DNA of 51,721 nt, taken from positions 1 to 51,721 of the forward strand of contig JAFSVX010000025.1 in NCBI GenBank assembly GCA_017444785.1, given 5' to 3'. Shown here in pieces: positions 21,401-30,037 of the stretch (positions are counted from its first letter, which is position 1; the number at the start of each line of letters is the position of its first letter). A program made the translations under genes and the position numbers. The notes under the pieces were generated by a model. The model saw only the letters and a program-made list of their open reading frames with translations, was not told the origin of the DNA and did not search any database. Source of the stretch: Clostridia bacterium (GTDB taxonomy: Bacteria > Bacillota > Clostridia > Christensenellales > UBA1242).

Positions 21401-24400
21401 GGATATTGAAAACCTTAAACAGCTTGCAATCAACTCTCAAGAGTTTGTTATGGTTGTGGACAAATCAATTCTTGACACAGAAAAAGACTTTGAACTGAGA
21501 ATTCAGTTTACAAATGGAAAACTTGCCGGCCTTGAGATAAACAATCTTGAACTTGATGACGAGATCAAAGGCTCAGTCAAAGTTACACTTGACAGAAGCC
21601 CGGTTGAAACCATTTCTGTTGATGAAAATAAATACCTTGATGTCTTTGGTATGATTGATGACCTCTTTGCCTTGAAAGACTTACGCGAGGCAAGCATTAC
21701 CCTTGATGCAGATGTTGAATATGCTGGCAACGAATATGGCGCAAGTCTTGAGGGCGCATTCAATCTTGATACGAATTATTATAACATTGTAGGATTTGTG
21801 AATTATAAGGGAAATAACATAGATCTTGCGCTCTCATATTATAATGATGAGGCATACATCAAATTCCAAGATATTTTTGTTAAGGTAAGTAAAGAAAACA
21901 TCGAAAAAATAATTGCAATGTTGTCTCAAAATATTTCAATAGACAGCGTTGACACTGATGCGATTGTTGAAAGCGTGCTTTCTATGAGATTGATAACAAC
22001 AATTCAATCAATCTTTGAGAATATTTCTGAAGAAGATATAAAACTTATTAAAGATATTCAAATTGACTCTTCAAAGATTTTGCTTATCCTCGATAAAACA
22101 ATGCTTAACACAGCTGATGATTTATATATCTCAATTAGTTTTAACAACAGTAATATTTCAGCTATTGAAATCAACAACCTCGAGCTTGATGATGATATCA
22201 AAGGTTCAGTCAAGGTTACACTTGACAGAAGCCCGGTTGAAACCATTTCTGTTGATGAAAACAGATACCTTGATATCTTTGGCATGATTGATGACCTCTT
22301 TGCTTTGAAAGATTTAAGACAGGCGAGTGTTACCCTTGATGCAGATGTTGAATATGCCGGCAACGAATATGGCGCAAGTCTTGAGGGCGCATTCAATCTT
22401 GATACGAATTATTATAACCTTGCAGGACTTGTGAACTATAAGGGAAATAACATAGATCTTGCGCTTTCATATTATAATGATGAGGCGTACATCAAATTCA
22501 AAGATATCTTTGTTAAGGTAAGTAAAGAAAATATCGAAAAAATAATTGCATTGATTTCAAGCAATGTTTCATTTGAAAGTGTTGATGTTGAAGAATTACT
22601 TGATAATTTAATGTCAATGAAACTTGTTGATACAATAAAAGATTTGATTGCAAACTTTACTGAAAGCGACATCAATGCAATAAAACTTATGAAGATTGAT
22701 TCATCTGAAATCAAATTGATTGTCGATAAAGTATATGTTGATACATGTGAAGATTTGATTATTACAATTTCACTTGACAGCAGCAATATTTGTGGCATCG
22801 AGATCCATAATCTTGAACTTGACGATGATATCAAAGGCTCAGTCAAGGTTACGCTTGACAGAAGTCCTGTCGATACCGTTTCAGTTGATGAAGGAAAATA
22901 CCTTGATGTCTTTGAACTTATTGAGAATATCCTTGGTCTTGAAAATGCTGATGTTATAAATGCAACGGTTGACTTTGCTTTGTATGACCTTGTAAGCGGT
23001 AATTATCAAAGTGATCTTGGATTTGTTGGGACAATCAACAAAAATAAGACCGAAGATAATTTGATGGCACTTGCAGACTTTGTTTTAAGATATAAAGAAA
23101 ATAACTTTAATCTTAAAGGCAAGTTGGAAAATTCAAACATCTTTGCGGATCTTAATGGATTTAAGATAAGAATTGACTCTGACAAAGTGCTTTATACTCT
23201 TCACAAAATTCTTGGTCTTGCAGACATGGATACTGATGAGTATGATGACCTTATCACAAGAATTTTGAATGTTCTTGGTGGTGAGGCAATATCAAAAGCT
23301 TTTGAGGGATATGACTTTGGTGATGGGTTTGATGATAAAGTTGAAGAGATCAAAAATGATATTGATATCGACATTGATTTGACACTTTCTCAAATTCTTG
23401 AAAATGTTAAAATTGACAGCGACAAAATCATGCTTTCAGTCGATCTTGCATGCATTGGTCTTGATATCAGACTTGATGTTGTGATTCATATTTCTGATAG
23501 CTACCTGACATATATTCAAGTTGATAAGTTAAAACTCGGTGAAAAATACATTGATCTGAAGATGACTCTTGATCAGACAGCGGCAATGATTGACGCACTC
23601 AGCGAAGAAGAGAAATTGCCATATCTTGATATTAAATCTCTTGCAGATTTGGCCGAGATAACCTATGAAACCATCAAAAATGGATCAGTGAGTGGAGTTG
23701 TCGAGTTTGACTTTAAGTTCAATGGAAATGTAAACCATATTATTGCAAACTATGGTGTGAAGATTGCAGACAAAAAATTGACAGCATTTTTCACAACAAC
23801 CTTCAATGGTCTTAATATCAATATATATTATGTTGACGGCGTGTTCTATGTCGACCTTGGTGGAGTAAGTAACGACGCAGATAACAGGCTTCAAATCAAG
23901 GCTACATTTGAAGAGCATGAAGCATTGTTTGATTGGGTTCAAGAAACATTTGGTATTGATATCCTTGAAGAAATCAGAAACCTTCTTGGTATGGAAGAAA
24001 AACTTGATCTTAATAATATCAGAAGCGTGATCAGAGGGGAAACTTCACTTGACTTTAATTTGGATGAAATCCTTAACATCCTTGCAAACTTCGATTTAGA
24101 TATCATTGAAAAAGCAGTGTTTACTGATGGTCAACTTAAAGCATCTCTTAAACTTGGCCTTGATATTGGTGCATACTATGACGACATTGTAAACCGCGTA
24201 ACAATTGGATACAATAAAGAGACAGACAATAAGTATCAATATTTTGCAGATATCACGATTGTTGACTTTGATGACATTGTCCTTGACAATATTGACGCCG
24301 GTAAGTATGTTTCGTATACGGTTATAACTGACACTATTTCGGCAATAATGAACACCTTGAATTCAGATGACCTTGCATTTATTGCAAATGCCAAGTTCTA

Positions 24401-27400
24401 TGAAAACAACAAACTCAGCGAGCAATACCTTGACGTTGGCTATCAAGATGATAAGTTCTATGCAGACTACTATGGCATGAAACTCAGTATCTCAAGAAAC
24501 AGCCTTTCTCAAGTGCTTTCTATGGCTCTTGAAATTCTGGGAATGGATCCAAACCTTGCAAGCATTATTGGCGAGGTTGCTGACACAAGCGATATCAATA
24601 CCGACAACTTGCAAGCAGCAATTCCTGCAATTGACCTTGGAAATCCATTCACTATGCTTAATTACTTAAAGAGTATAACACTTAAAAATGGTGTATTCAC
24701 AATTGTCATTGACAGTGAACTGTTTGGAAGCTCGACCGGTAAAGATGTTGAATTCAAGATCACAACAGCGAATAATAAATTATCAAAACTTGAGGTCAAC
24801 AACATCTATACATCAGCTGAAAATAACAACTTTATAAATGTTGCAATCAGATTTGAAAAAGGTATTTCAAACAGTGCTGCTTCATCATATATTGACCTTT
24901 CAAACAGTGTAGACTTAATCAAGGCATTCCTTAATACTTCTCAACTTAATGACTACTTCATCGAAGGAAAAGTTATGCTTTCAGTGTCAAGCATTGATGC
25001 AGCTAAGATTGATGTTGATGCAAAGATCAAACTTGATGAGAACAAAAAACCAACAGTGGTGGTAACTCTTTCAAATTATCCAATGATTGTGTTGGTCAAT
25101 GACGTCAACACTAATGAAAGAGGTGGAACACTTCTCAATAAACGTTACAGAGAGATGACAATTTATTATAAAGATGGCGAGCTTTACCTTAAGACATATG
25201 ATGATTCGTATAGGTATTTGCTGGTCACTTATGATTCTTATGAACGTATCACTCGTGTAACACCTGGTTACTTGATTGATAACATCAAATACTATCTCAA
25301 CTGGCTCCTTGGTTTTACATCATCAATTCAAGAAAAGATTGACGAAGCTATTGATGTTTCAATGAACTATAACGGAAATGACGATTATTCAAATATCATT
25401 TTAAGTTACTCTAAGTCAGGCAACAGCCACTATATCAAACTCAACTTGCAGAAGATTGCACACAATGACGACATTGGTGAGCTCAGCATAACCCTGACAA
25501 CAACAAACAACGCATCAACCGGTTATAAAGATTATCTGTATGCTATGGATATTGATATGAAGATGCTTGACAACTTGTTGTCACTTAAAACTGACAGCAG
25601 CAATAAGCTTTATCTGAAAAACATTGGTCAGACAGTTAATATCTCTGCTGCAAACAGCTTTATCAATAGCTATGCTTACAATCCATATGGCGAGTATGCA
25701 AAAGAGGGCAGTGGCTCATTCAGTCAAACAAACAAAAAGACAATCACAATCACATTGAATAAAGACGGCGGAACAGGTGTTTCAAGTTTGAGTGGAAATC
25801 TTGGTGCAAATATGACACTTCCAACACCAACAAAAATTGTGGACAATGGTGTTACAAGAACAACTTATAACTTCCTTGGTTGGTTTGACGCGGACGGAAA
25901 TAAGTGCACGCTTACTTACTTCCCAGCAAACAACATGACGCTTACAGCACACTGGGAGGTTGCGACAGTTCAATACTATAAGACATTGACTGTCATAAAT
26001 AATAATGGCTCGGCAGATCAGACATATAAACAGCTTCAATATACAAGCGTGAATCTTCCTGCACTTAGTGATTATGTGATTGATGATGGAATAACAAGAA
26101 AGACATACACATTCCTTGGCTGGTCGCTTGGTGGAGTGAATGTTGGAAAGAACATCACAGTCAATCTTGACGATAATAAGACAATAGAAGGCTTGTGGCA
26201 AGAAGATGTTGTATATTATCGCACTGCAATATTTGACAGCAATGGTGGAACTCCGGTTTCAAGCAATAAACAGCTTGAAGGCACAGTGATAACCCTTCCA
26301 AATATCACCAAGTCAACCTATGATGACGGCATATTAAGAATTGAATACACATTCCTTGGTTGGAGTGGTGATGATCAAGTACTTGCAGGTGGAACAGCTT
26401 ATACGCTTGCAAGTGATGTTCAATTTACAGCAGTGTTTGACGAGTTTGTAAGAGAATATCATACAATCCATATCGTCAATGAAATGCTTGGCATCAATCA
26501 AACAATAAAAGAGTTGAACGATCATGAAACTTATGTTCTGCCAACACACGAAACAAAGCTTGTTGAAGAGGCAAATGTCAGATACTACTTTGACTTTGTG
26601 GGCTATAAAGATCAGAACAACAACATTATTTCTGAATATGACTTTAACAGAGATGTTGTTGCAACGGCGGACTATGAGGAAGATGTTTCAAGACGTGTTT
26701 ATATCAGCACATTGACCGTTTATAACTATGATAACAGCGTTATCCTTTGCGAGACAAAGATAAATGGTCAGACGGTTGAATTGCCAGTGCTTCCTGCGGT
26801 TGTTGAGACCGAGGAAATCGTGGACGGCAGGGCATATCAAGTTATCCGCAATTTCATCTCTTACAGTGAGAGTTTGACGCAGATGCCAAGCCATGATGTT
26901 GATATCTATGCGATCTATGAAGAGGTTTCAAGAAAAGCTTACTATACGTTGGATATCTATGACATCAACACCTCAACAGGTCAAATCACAAACAGCCTTG
27001 TTTCAACAAGATTGTTTGCGGGTGATGTAATTTCTTATCCAACACTTGCTGCAACTGAGTATAACCTTACGATAGGTGGAGAGGCTGGGCGCTTCGTATT
27101 CAATGGTTGGGATACTACAATTTCAACAATGCCAACAAGTGATGTTGTTATAAGGGCAACCTATTTGACATATTATACATTGACGTTCTATGATATCAAT
27201 TCTTCAAATGGCCAAATCACAAGGCAATTGTCATCAACTCAAGTTTTGGTGGGATCAAGCATATCTTATCCAACAATTTCAACTACATCATACAGAATAA
27301 ATAACAGTGATGGATCGTATAAGATTTATACTTATACCGGTTGGAACAACAGCGCTACAACCATGCCAAACAAGAACCTTACAATAAGCGCTTCTTACAG

Positions 27401-27692
27401 TGTTACAACCTATTATAAAGTCCAGTTTGATGTGTCTTGGTATAAGCCTTCTTGGTGGCTCACTAATGGAACAATTAAGACATCTCCAACGGCACCTGCA
27501 ACACAGTATGTTGCTGCCGGAACTGAAATGAACCTTTCAAGTTACAGCGCAACAATCAAGGTAAGATATGGTATTAACTATACTTACAGCACGAAAGGTT
27601 GGTCAACATCAAAGGCAAGCAACAGCTCAACAGCGTTGAAGAAAGTGACAGTCAACAGCAACTTGACGCTCTATGCAGTTTGGGATCACTAG
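18423..27692 (+). CDS. Giant membrane-anchored modular repeat protein (3089 aa) with C-terminal Listeria-Bacteroides-type repeats
   Basis: Single 9.27-kb ORF with an N-terminal TM/signal anchor FFSYLLTFAVLFVMAATGTIFLSI. About nine modules of 205-250 aa each open with a KYLD-type motif. The C-terminal ~650 aa consists of ~75-aa repeats with Y(T/N)FLGW motifs. Confidence 0.85.
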   Translation: MKKFFSYLLTFAVLFVMAATGTIFLSITDGDNGSVPVNVDVEGAQEASFFSGLLATFEENKQFNVSGDVLVEYQETQIPLYIYANIDIADEKNIKVDGFLTIELKEGKVSVAFSFYNEIIYVSFKDFNLKVALSDIENLKDSVSEIFGMLDLNLEDMPLALPAFNIDMSSLMMSLNNVVSETLRNGDVKNTITIDNLAVADIIVSADNKIKSVKLSTEEIMGIKISAELGVRFSDNILISNPENNDMRSYIDIVNLLDFAKNLINLNKFDLSFTLDVQSSLLSGYISSTLRADVENHEVEWHVYDTSLNQFEKANVVFKEGNLYLNVDDVYVCISKDALSRTPELVKLIYQNYFKDFSLQNVLSNYKFDLSIVFDILNNIEKARFDESGCFIKYGENVIEIKIQDNMLSEVNLSVSAFDSKINLNAYIDKTQKSVEIEDAEKYLNVYSLYENGKEFIAPLKFDLSMNSNVKIAGKTYKVSADALFDVNNKYLHLTGLTTLNKKYNFDIIYKDDIAFVNINNTFIKCDKSRLFDLLNMYDIDIEKQSEETIDDFITESVEKYSNYSLDDFISKLDSLRKIEISADKIVISLDLSKFDIDARGVATISIENNMISVVKIEDFDFAGKYFGDIEIKVNSNEFEEENFDDTKYFDIFAVYDDVFNIAKLDEATYYTDVKVNYQEKAIGTYFKFAYNNTNKYVDLNGRLTIDNERRNFDIRYYDDELFVNVDDIYVKVNRTDIEKIAALLKGYFDFGQIDTDELAQNLSQLHIIEKFRAFADNLSINSLNAVRNVVINNNCVKITVNGDVVGLEKDVFLIINLNNNAVKDVEIINLQLTEDINISFKIALYRNKVKTEKVEEEKYLDIFGMIDDLFALKDLREASITLDADVEYAGNEYGANIAGSFNLDTNYYNLAGLVNYKGNNIDLALSYYNDEAYIKFNDIFVKANKENIDKIIALISQNVTIDPIDKTEILEKVFSLKLFRTIEAVIENFKYEDIENLKQLAINSQEFVMVVDKSILDTEKDFELRIQFTNGKLAGLEINNLELDDEIKGSVKVTLDRSPVETISVDENKYLDVFGMIDDLFALKDLREASITLDADVEYAGNEYGASLEGAFNLDTNYYNIVGFVNYKGNNIDLALSYYNDEAYIKFQDIFVKVSKENIEKIIAMLSQNISIDSVDTDAIVESVLSMRLITTIQSIFENISEEDIKLIKDIQIDSSKILLILDKTMLNTADDLYISISFNNSNISAIEINNLELDDDIKGSVKVTLDRSPVETISVDENRYLDIFGMIDDLFALKDLRQASVTLDADVEYAGNEYGASLEGAFNLDTNYYNLAGLVNYKGNNIDLALSYYNDEAYIKFKDIFVKVSKENIEKIIALISSNVSFESVDVEELLDNLMSMKLVDTIKDLIANFTESDINAIKLMKIDSSEIKLIVDKVYVDTCEDLIITISLDSSNICGIEIHNLELDDDIKGSVKVTLDRSPVDTVSVDEGKYLDVFELIENILGLENADVINATVDFALYDLVSGNYQSDLGFVGTINKNKTEDNLMALADFVLRYKENNFNLKGKLENSNIFADLNGFKIRIDSDKVLYTLHKILGLADMDTDEYDDLITRILNVLGGEAISKAFEGYDFGDGFDDKVEEIKNDIDIDIDLTLSQILENVKIDSDKIMLSVDLACIGLDIRLDVVIHISDSYLTYIQVDKLKLGEKYIDLKMTLDQTAAMIDALSEEEKLPYLDIKSLADLAEITYETIKNGSVSGVVEFDFKFNGNVNHIIANYGVKIADKKLTAFFTTTFNGLNINIYYVDGVFYVDLGGVSNDADNRLQIKATFEEHEALFDWVQETFGIDILEEIRNLLGMEEKLDLNNIRSVIRGETSLDFNLDEILNILANFDLDIIEKAVFTDGQLKASLKLGLDIGAYYDDIVNRVTIGYNKETDNKYQYFADITIVDFDDIVLDNIDAGKYVSYTVITDTISAIMNTLNSDDLAFIANAKFYENNKLSEQYLDVGYQDDKFYADYYGMKLSISRNSLSQVLSMALEILGMDPNLASIIGEVADTSDINTDNLQAAIPAIDLGNPFTMLNYLKSITLKNGVFTIVIDSELFGSSTGKDVEFKITTANNKLSKLEVNNIYTSAENNNFINVAIRFEKGISNSAASSYIDLSNSVDLIKAFLNTSQLNDYFIEGKVMLSVSSIDAAKIDVDAKIKLDENKKPTVVVTLSNYPMIVLVNDVNTNERGGTLLNKRYREMTIYYKDGELYLKTYDDSYRYLLVTYDSYERITRVTPGYLIDNIKYYLNWLLGFTSSIQEKIDEAIDVSMNYNGNDDYSNIILSYSKSGNSHYIKLNLQKIAHNDDIGELSITLTTTNNASTGYKDYLYAMDIDMKMLDNLLSLKTDSSNKLYLKNIGQTVNISAANSFINSYAYNPYGEYAKEGSGSFSQTNKKTITITLNKDGGTGVSSLSGNLGANMTLPTPTKIVDNGVTRTTYNFLGWFDADGNKCTLTYFPANNMTLTAHWEVATVQYYKTLTVINNNGSADQTYKQLQYTSVNLPALSDYVIDDGITRKTYTFLGWSLGGVNVGKNITVNLDDNKTIEGLWQEDVVYYRTAIFDSNGGTPVSSNKQLEGTVITLPNITKSTYDDGILRIEYTFLGWSGDDQVLAGGTAYTLASDVQFTAVFDEFVREYHTIHIVNEMLGINQTIKELNDHETYVLPTHETKLVEEANVRYYFDFVGYKDQNNNIISEYDFNRDVVATADYEEDVSRRVYISTLTVYNYDNSVILCETKINGQTVELPVLPAVVETEEIVDGRAYQVIRNFISYSESLTQMPSHDVDIYAIYEEVSRKAYYTLDIYDINTSTGQITNSLVSTRLFAGDVISYPTLAATEYNLTIGGEAGRFVFNGWDTTISTMPTSDVVIRATYLTYYTLTFYDINSSNGQITRQLSSTQVLVGSSISYPTISTTSYRINNSDGSYKIYTYTGWNNSATTMPNKNLTISASYSVTTYYKVQFDVSWYKPSWWLTNGTIKTSPTAPATQYVAAGTEMNLSSYSATIKVRYGINYTYSTKGWSTSKASNSSTALKKVTVNSNLTLYAVWDH
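20997..22895 (+). repeat. Three tandem 633-bp (211-codon) in-frame repeats inside the giant gene
   Basis: Unit starts at 20997, 21630 and 22263, with a diverged fourth unit at 22896. All three copies share long runs such as TTACCCTTGATGCAGATGTTGAATATGC and GGCAACGAATATGGCGCA. Duplicated shadow ORFs with the identical N-terminus MNAPSRLAPYSLPAYSTSASRV appear on the minus strand. Confidence 0.9.
25741..27689 (+). repeat. About eight ~70-80-aa Listeria-Bacteroides (Flg_new-type) repeats (protein level)
   Basis: Recurrent pattern Y.T..F..NGG......(L/Y)P.......Y.F.GW........T..A.W/Y. Examples are TYNFLGWFDADGN, YTFLGWSLGG, YTFLGWSGDD, FVFNGWDT and YTYTGWNN. Confidence 0.7.
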
Positions 27693-27698
27693 TAAATG

Positions 27699-27730
27699 AA
27701 AAACTCCATCTTTCGAGACGGAGTTTTTTA
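27699..27730 (+). terminator. Terminator of the giant gene
   Basis: AAACTCCATCT-TTCG-AGACGGAGTTT hairpin (one mismatch) followed by TTTTTTA, 7 nt after the stop. Confidence 0.65.
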
Positions 27731-27755
27731 TTGGTATTTTATATTACTTTTATAA

Positions 27756-27790
27756 AAAATAAAAGGCAGAAAATTCTGCCTTTTTATTTT
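27756..27790. terminator. Bidirectional terminator
   Basis: AAAAGGCAGA-AAAT-TCTGCCTTTT with a flanking A-run and T-run, between the convergent giant gene and the DUF1846 gene. Confidence 0.7.
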
Positions 27791-27852
27791 GTTTTTTACT
27801 CTTTTTATATTTATAAATTTGATTATTTCATTTGTTTTCCTATGTTTTATTT

Positions 27853-29331
27853 TTATGACTGATAAAGGTTAGTGCTTGAGAAGATTGGCTCGGTTGTGAT
27901 GAAAAGGCCAAGTTTTTTAAGAGTTTGCTCTTCCTCTTTGTCAAGTATGCAAGAAGAGTGCGCCTCAAGACCTTTCAGTTTACCTATGTTTGCAAGTGCG
28001 TCTTTTGCAAGCGGGTTGATAACACTTGAAATTGAAAGCACCATCAATGCTTCTTTAATGTTAAGTTGACCTTTGCGAACGTCAAGCACATCTTTTTTAA
28101 GGGCGCAAACAGGCTTTAAGAATTGTTCGGAGAGAAGCTCGAATTTGTCGTCAATCTTGGAAATCTCTTTAAGTGCGTTCAAAACAACTGCTGCGCTTGC
28201 TGAAAGCAAGTCTTTACTCTTTCCATAGACAACTTTTTTCTTCAGATCTATGCCACAAATTGGCATGTCAAATTGGTTTGCATACTCACGGACTTTTTCA
28301 ACAACTGGCCTGTCGGCAAGGCTTATATTCATTTGGCTCATAAGAAGCTCTATGCGTTTTGGAGCCTCTTTGCTTCCGCCGGCTGTGATTTTATCCACAA
28401 GGGATTTTTGATATCTTCGGATAACTTCCATTTGTGCAGCGTGACGAACTTTTTTGTCATCACTTATGCAAAATCCAACCATGTTGACGCCCATATCAGT
28501 AGGGGATTGATAAAGTTTTGGGTTTCCGGTGATCTTTGTTAAAATATTTTGTACAACAGGGAAACATTCAAGATCGCGGTTATAGTTGATTGCAATTTTG
28601 TTATATGCTGCAAGGTGGAAGCTGTCGATCATGTTGATATCGCCAAGGTCTGCAGTTGCGGCCTCATAGGCAATGTTTACAGGGTGTTTAAGTTCCAAAT
28701 TCCAAACCGGGAAGGTCTCAAATTTTGCATAGCCAGCCTTAATGCCTCGTTTATATTCGTGATAAAGTTGACTTAAACATGTTCCAAGTTTTCCACTTCC
28801 AGGTCCTGGCGCAGTGATGACCACAAGAGGTTTTTTTGTTTCAATATATGGATTTGCGCCATAGCCTTTGTCGCTGACAATGGTTTCAACATCATTTGGA
28901 TAGCCAGGGGTTGGTGCATGGAAATAAACTTTCTCTCCACGGGCTTTAAGCTTTTCAGCGAACTCAACAGCACCTTGTTGGCCGGTGAAAAGAGTGATTA
29001 CAATACTGCTGACATAAAGTCCTTCTGCACGAAGGTTGTCAATTTGACGCAGAACCTCTGCATCATATGTGATTGAAAAATCTGCCCTTACTTTGTGTTT
29101 CTCAATGTGTTTTGCACTGATAACAAAGATTATCTCGGACATATCTTTAAGTTTCTTTAAAATCTTGATTTTGACGCCTGCGTCATAGCCAGGAAGAACT
29201 CTTGCTGCGTGAAGGTCATCAAAAAGTTTTCCGCCAAATTCCGTATAAAGTTTGTTGGAAAAATTGTTGATTCTTTTGGTTATTTCCTCTGTTTGAAGTT
29301 TGATATATTTTGCATTGTCGAAACCTGCCAT
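27853..29331 (-). CDS. DUF1846 / UPF0371-family protein
   Basis: The N-terminus MAGFDNAKYIKLQTEEI...FGGKLFDDLHAARVLPGY is characteristic of UPF0371. The start is set at 29331, which has an AAAGGAG RBS. Confidence 0.75.
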   Translation of the reverse strand: MAGFDNAKYIKLQTEEITKRINNFSNKLYTEFGGKLFDDLHAARVLPGYDAGVKIKILKKLKDMSEIIFVISAKHIEKHKVRADFSITYDAEVLRQIDNLRAEGLYVSSIVITLFTGQQGAVEFAEKLKARGEKVYFHAPTPGYPNDVETIVSDKGYGANPYIETKKPLVVITAPGPGSGKLGTCLSQLYHEYKRGIKAGYAKFETFPVWNLELKHPVNIAYEAATADLGDINMIDSFHLAAYNKIAINYNRDLECFPVVQNILTKITGNPKLYQSPTDMGVNMVGFCISDDKKVRHAAQMEVIRRYQKSLVDKITAGGSKEAPKRIELLMSQMNISLADRPVVEKVREYANQFDMPICGIDLKKKVVYGKSKDLLSASAAVVLNALKEISKIDDKFELLSEQFLKPVCALKKDVLDVRKGQLNIKEALMVLSISSVINPLAKDALANIGKLKGLEAHSSCILDKEEEQTLKKLGLFITTEPIFSSTNLYQS

Positions 29332-29510
29332 AAATTTGCTCCTTTTTAAATAGTTTAAAATTATAAGCAAATCCTTGTCAACTTTTTGACAAAATTTTCT
29401 GAAATTATATAAATTTTACAAAGTTGAGAGTTTGATAACAATTCACCTGTTAATCATTGTTTTTAATGAAATTTTCATAAGATTTTTTAATGAATATTAT
29501 AGGAAAAGAA

Positions 29511-29549
29511 TGAAGCAAGAAAAGCCCACAGGAAAATCTGTGGGCTTTG
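29511..29549 (-). terminator. Terminator of nifSU
   Basis: AAAGCCCACA-loop-TGTGGGCTTT hairpin (29521-29549), followed on the minus strand by TTCTTGCTTC. Confidence 0.6.
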
Positions 29550-29593
29550 AAAAGATTATTTTATAATTTGTTTTTATTTTTTTCTTTCTTTTC

Positions 29594-30037
29594 TTATTGT
29601 TCAATGTTGTCATGTTCATGAATGCAAGGACAAGTGCCTACTGAATATTTTGAGCAGTCATAAGTTATGTGGTTTTTATCATAATAATCTTTGACCGCCG
29701 CCTTGACCGCTTCTTCTGCAAGCACAGAGCAGTGAATTTTGTGTGCAGGGAGTCCGCCAAGGGCTTCAACCACAGCCTTATTTGTTAAATCAAGAGCATC
29801 ATCAATAGATTTACCTTTGATCATCTCGGTCGCAATAGAGCTTGTTGCAATGGCACTTCCACAACCAAAAGTCATAAATTTGACATCAGTTATAATATTA
29901 TCACTGACCTTTATATACATTCTCATTATGTCGCCACATTTTGCGTTTCCAACTTCGCCAATACCATCTGCATCAGGTATTTCGCCAACATTTCTTGGAT
30001 TTCTGAAATGGTCCATAACTTTTTCACTATATAACAT
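29594..30037 (-). CDS. nifU: Fe-S cluster scaffold NifU/IscU-like
   Basis: MLYSEKVMDHFRNPRNVG, then the cysteine motifs GNAKCGD, FGCGSAIA and KIHCS. The start at 30037 overlaps the nifS stop by 11 nt. Confidence 0.9.
   Translation of the reverse strand: MLYSEKVMDHFRNPRNVGEIPDADGIGEVGNAKCGDIMRMYIKVSDNIITDVKFMTFGCGSAIATSSIATEMIKGKSIDDALDLTNKAVVEALGGLPAHKIHCSVLAEEAVKAAVKDYYDKNHITYDCSKYSVGTCPCIHEHDNIEQ

Noticed and set aside
21503-22396. Minus-strand ORFs 21503..21763 and 22058..22396 with the identical N-terminus MNAPSRLAPYSLPAYSTSASRV
   Set aside because: The identity simply mirrors the 633-bp tandem repeat of the giant plus-strand gene. All other small ORFs within 18423-27692 were rejected for the same reason.
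18423-27692. Periodic repeats in the giant gene as a possible CRISPR array or satellite
   Set aside because: The repeats have a 633-bp period, are in-frame and coding, and lack the short repeat and unique spacer organisation of a CRISPR array.
29509-29565. 18-aa plus-strand ORF MKQEKPTGKSVGFEKIIL overlapping the nifU terminator
   Set aside because: It is explained by the terminator hairpin sequence, and no conservation argument is possible.
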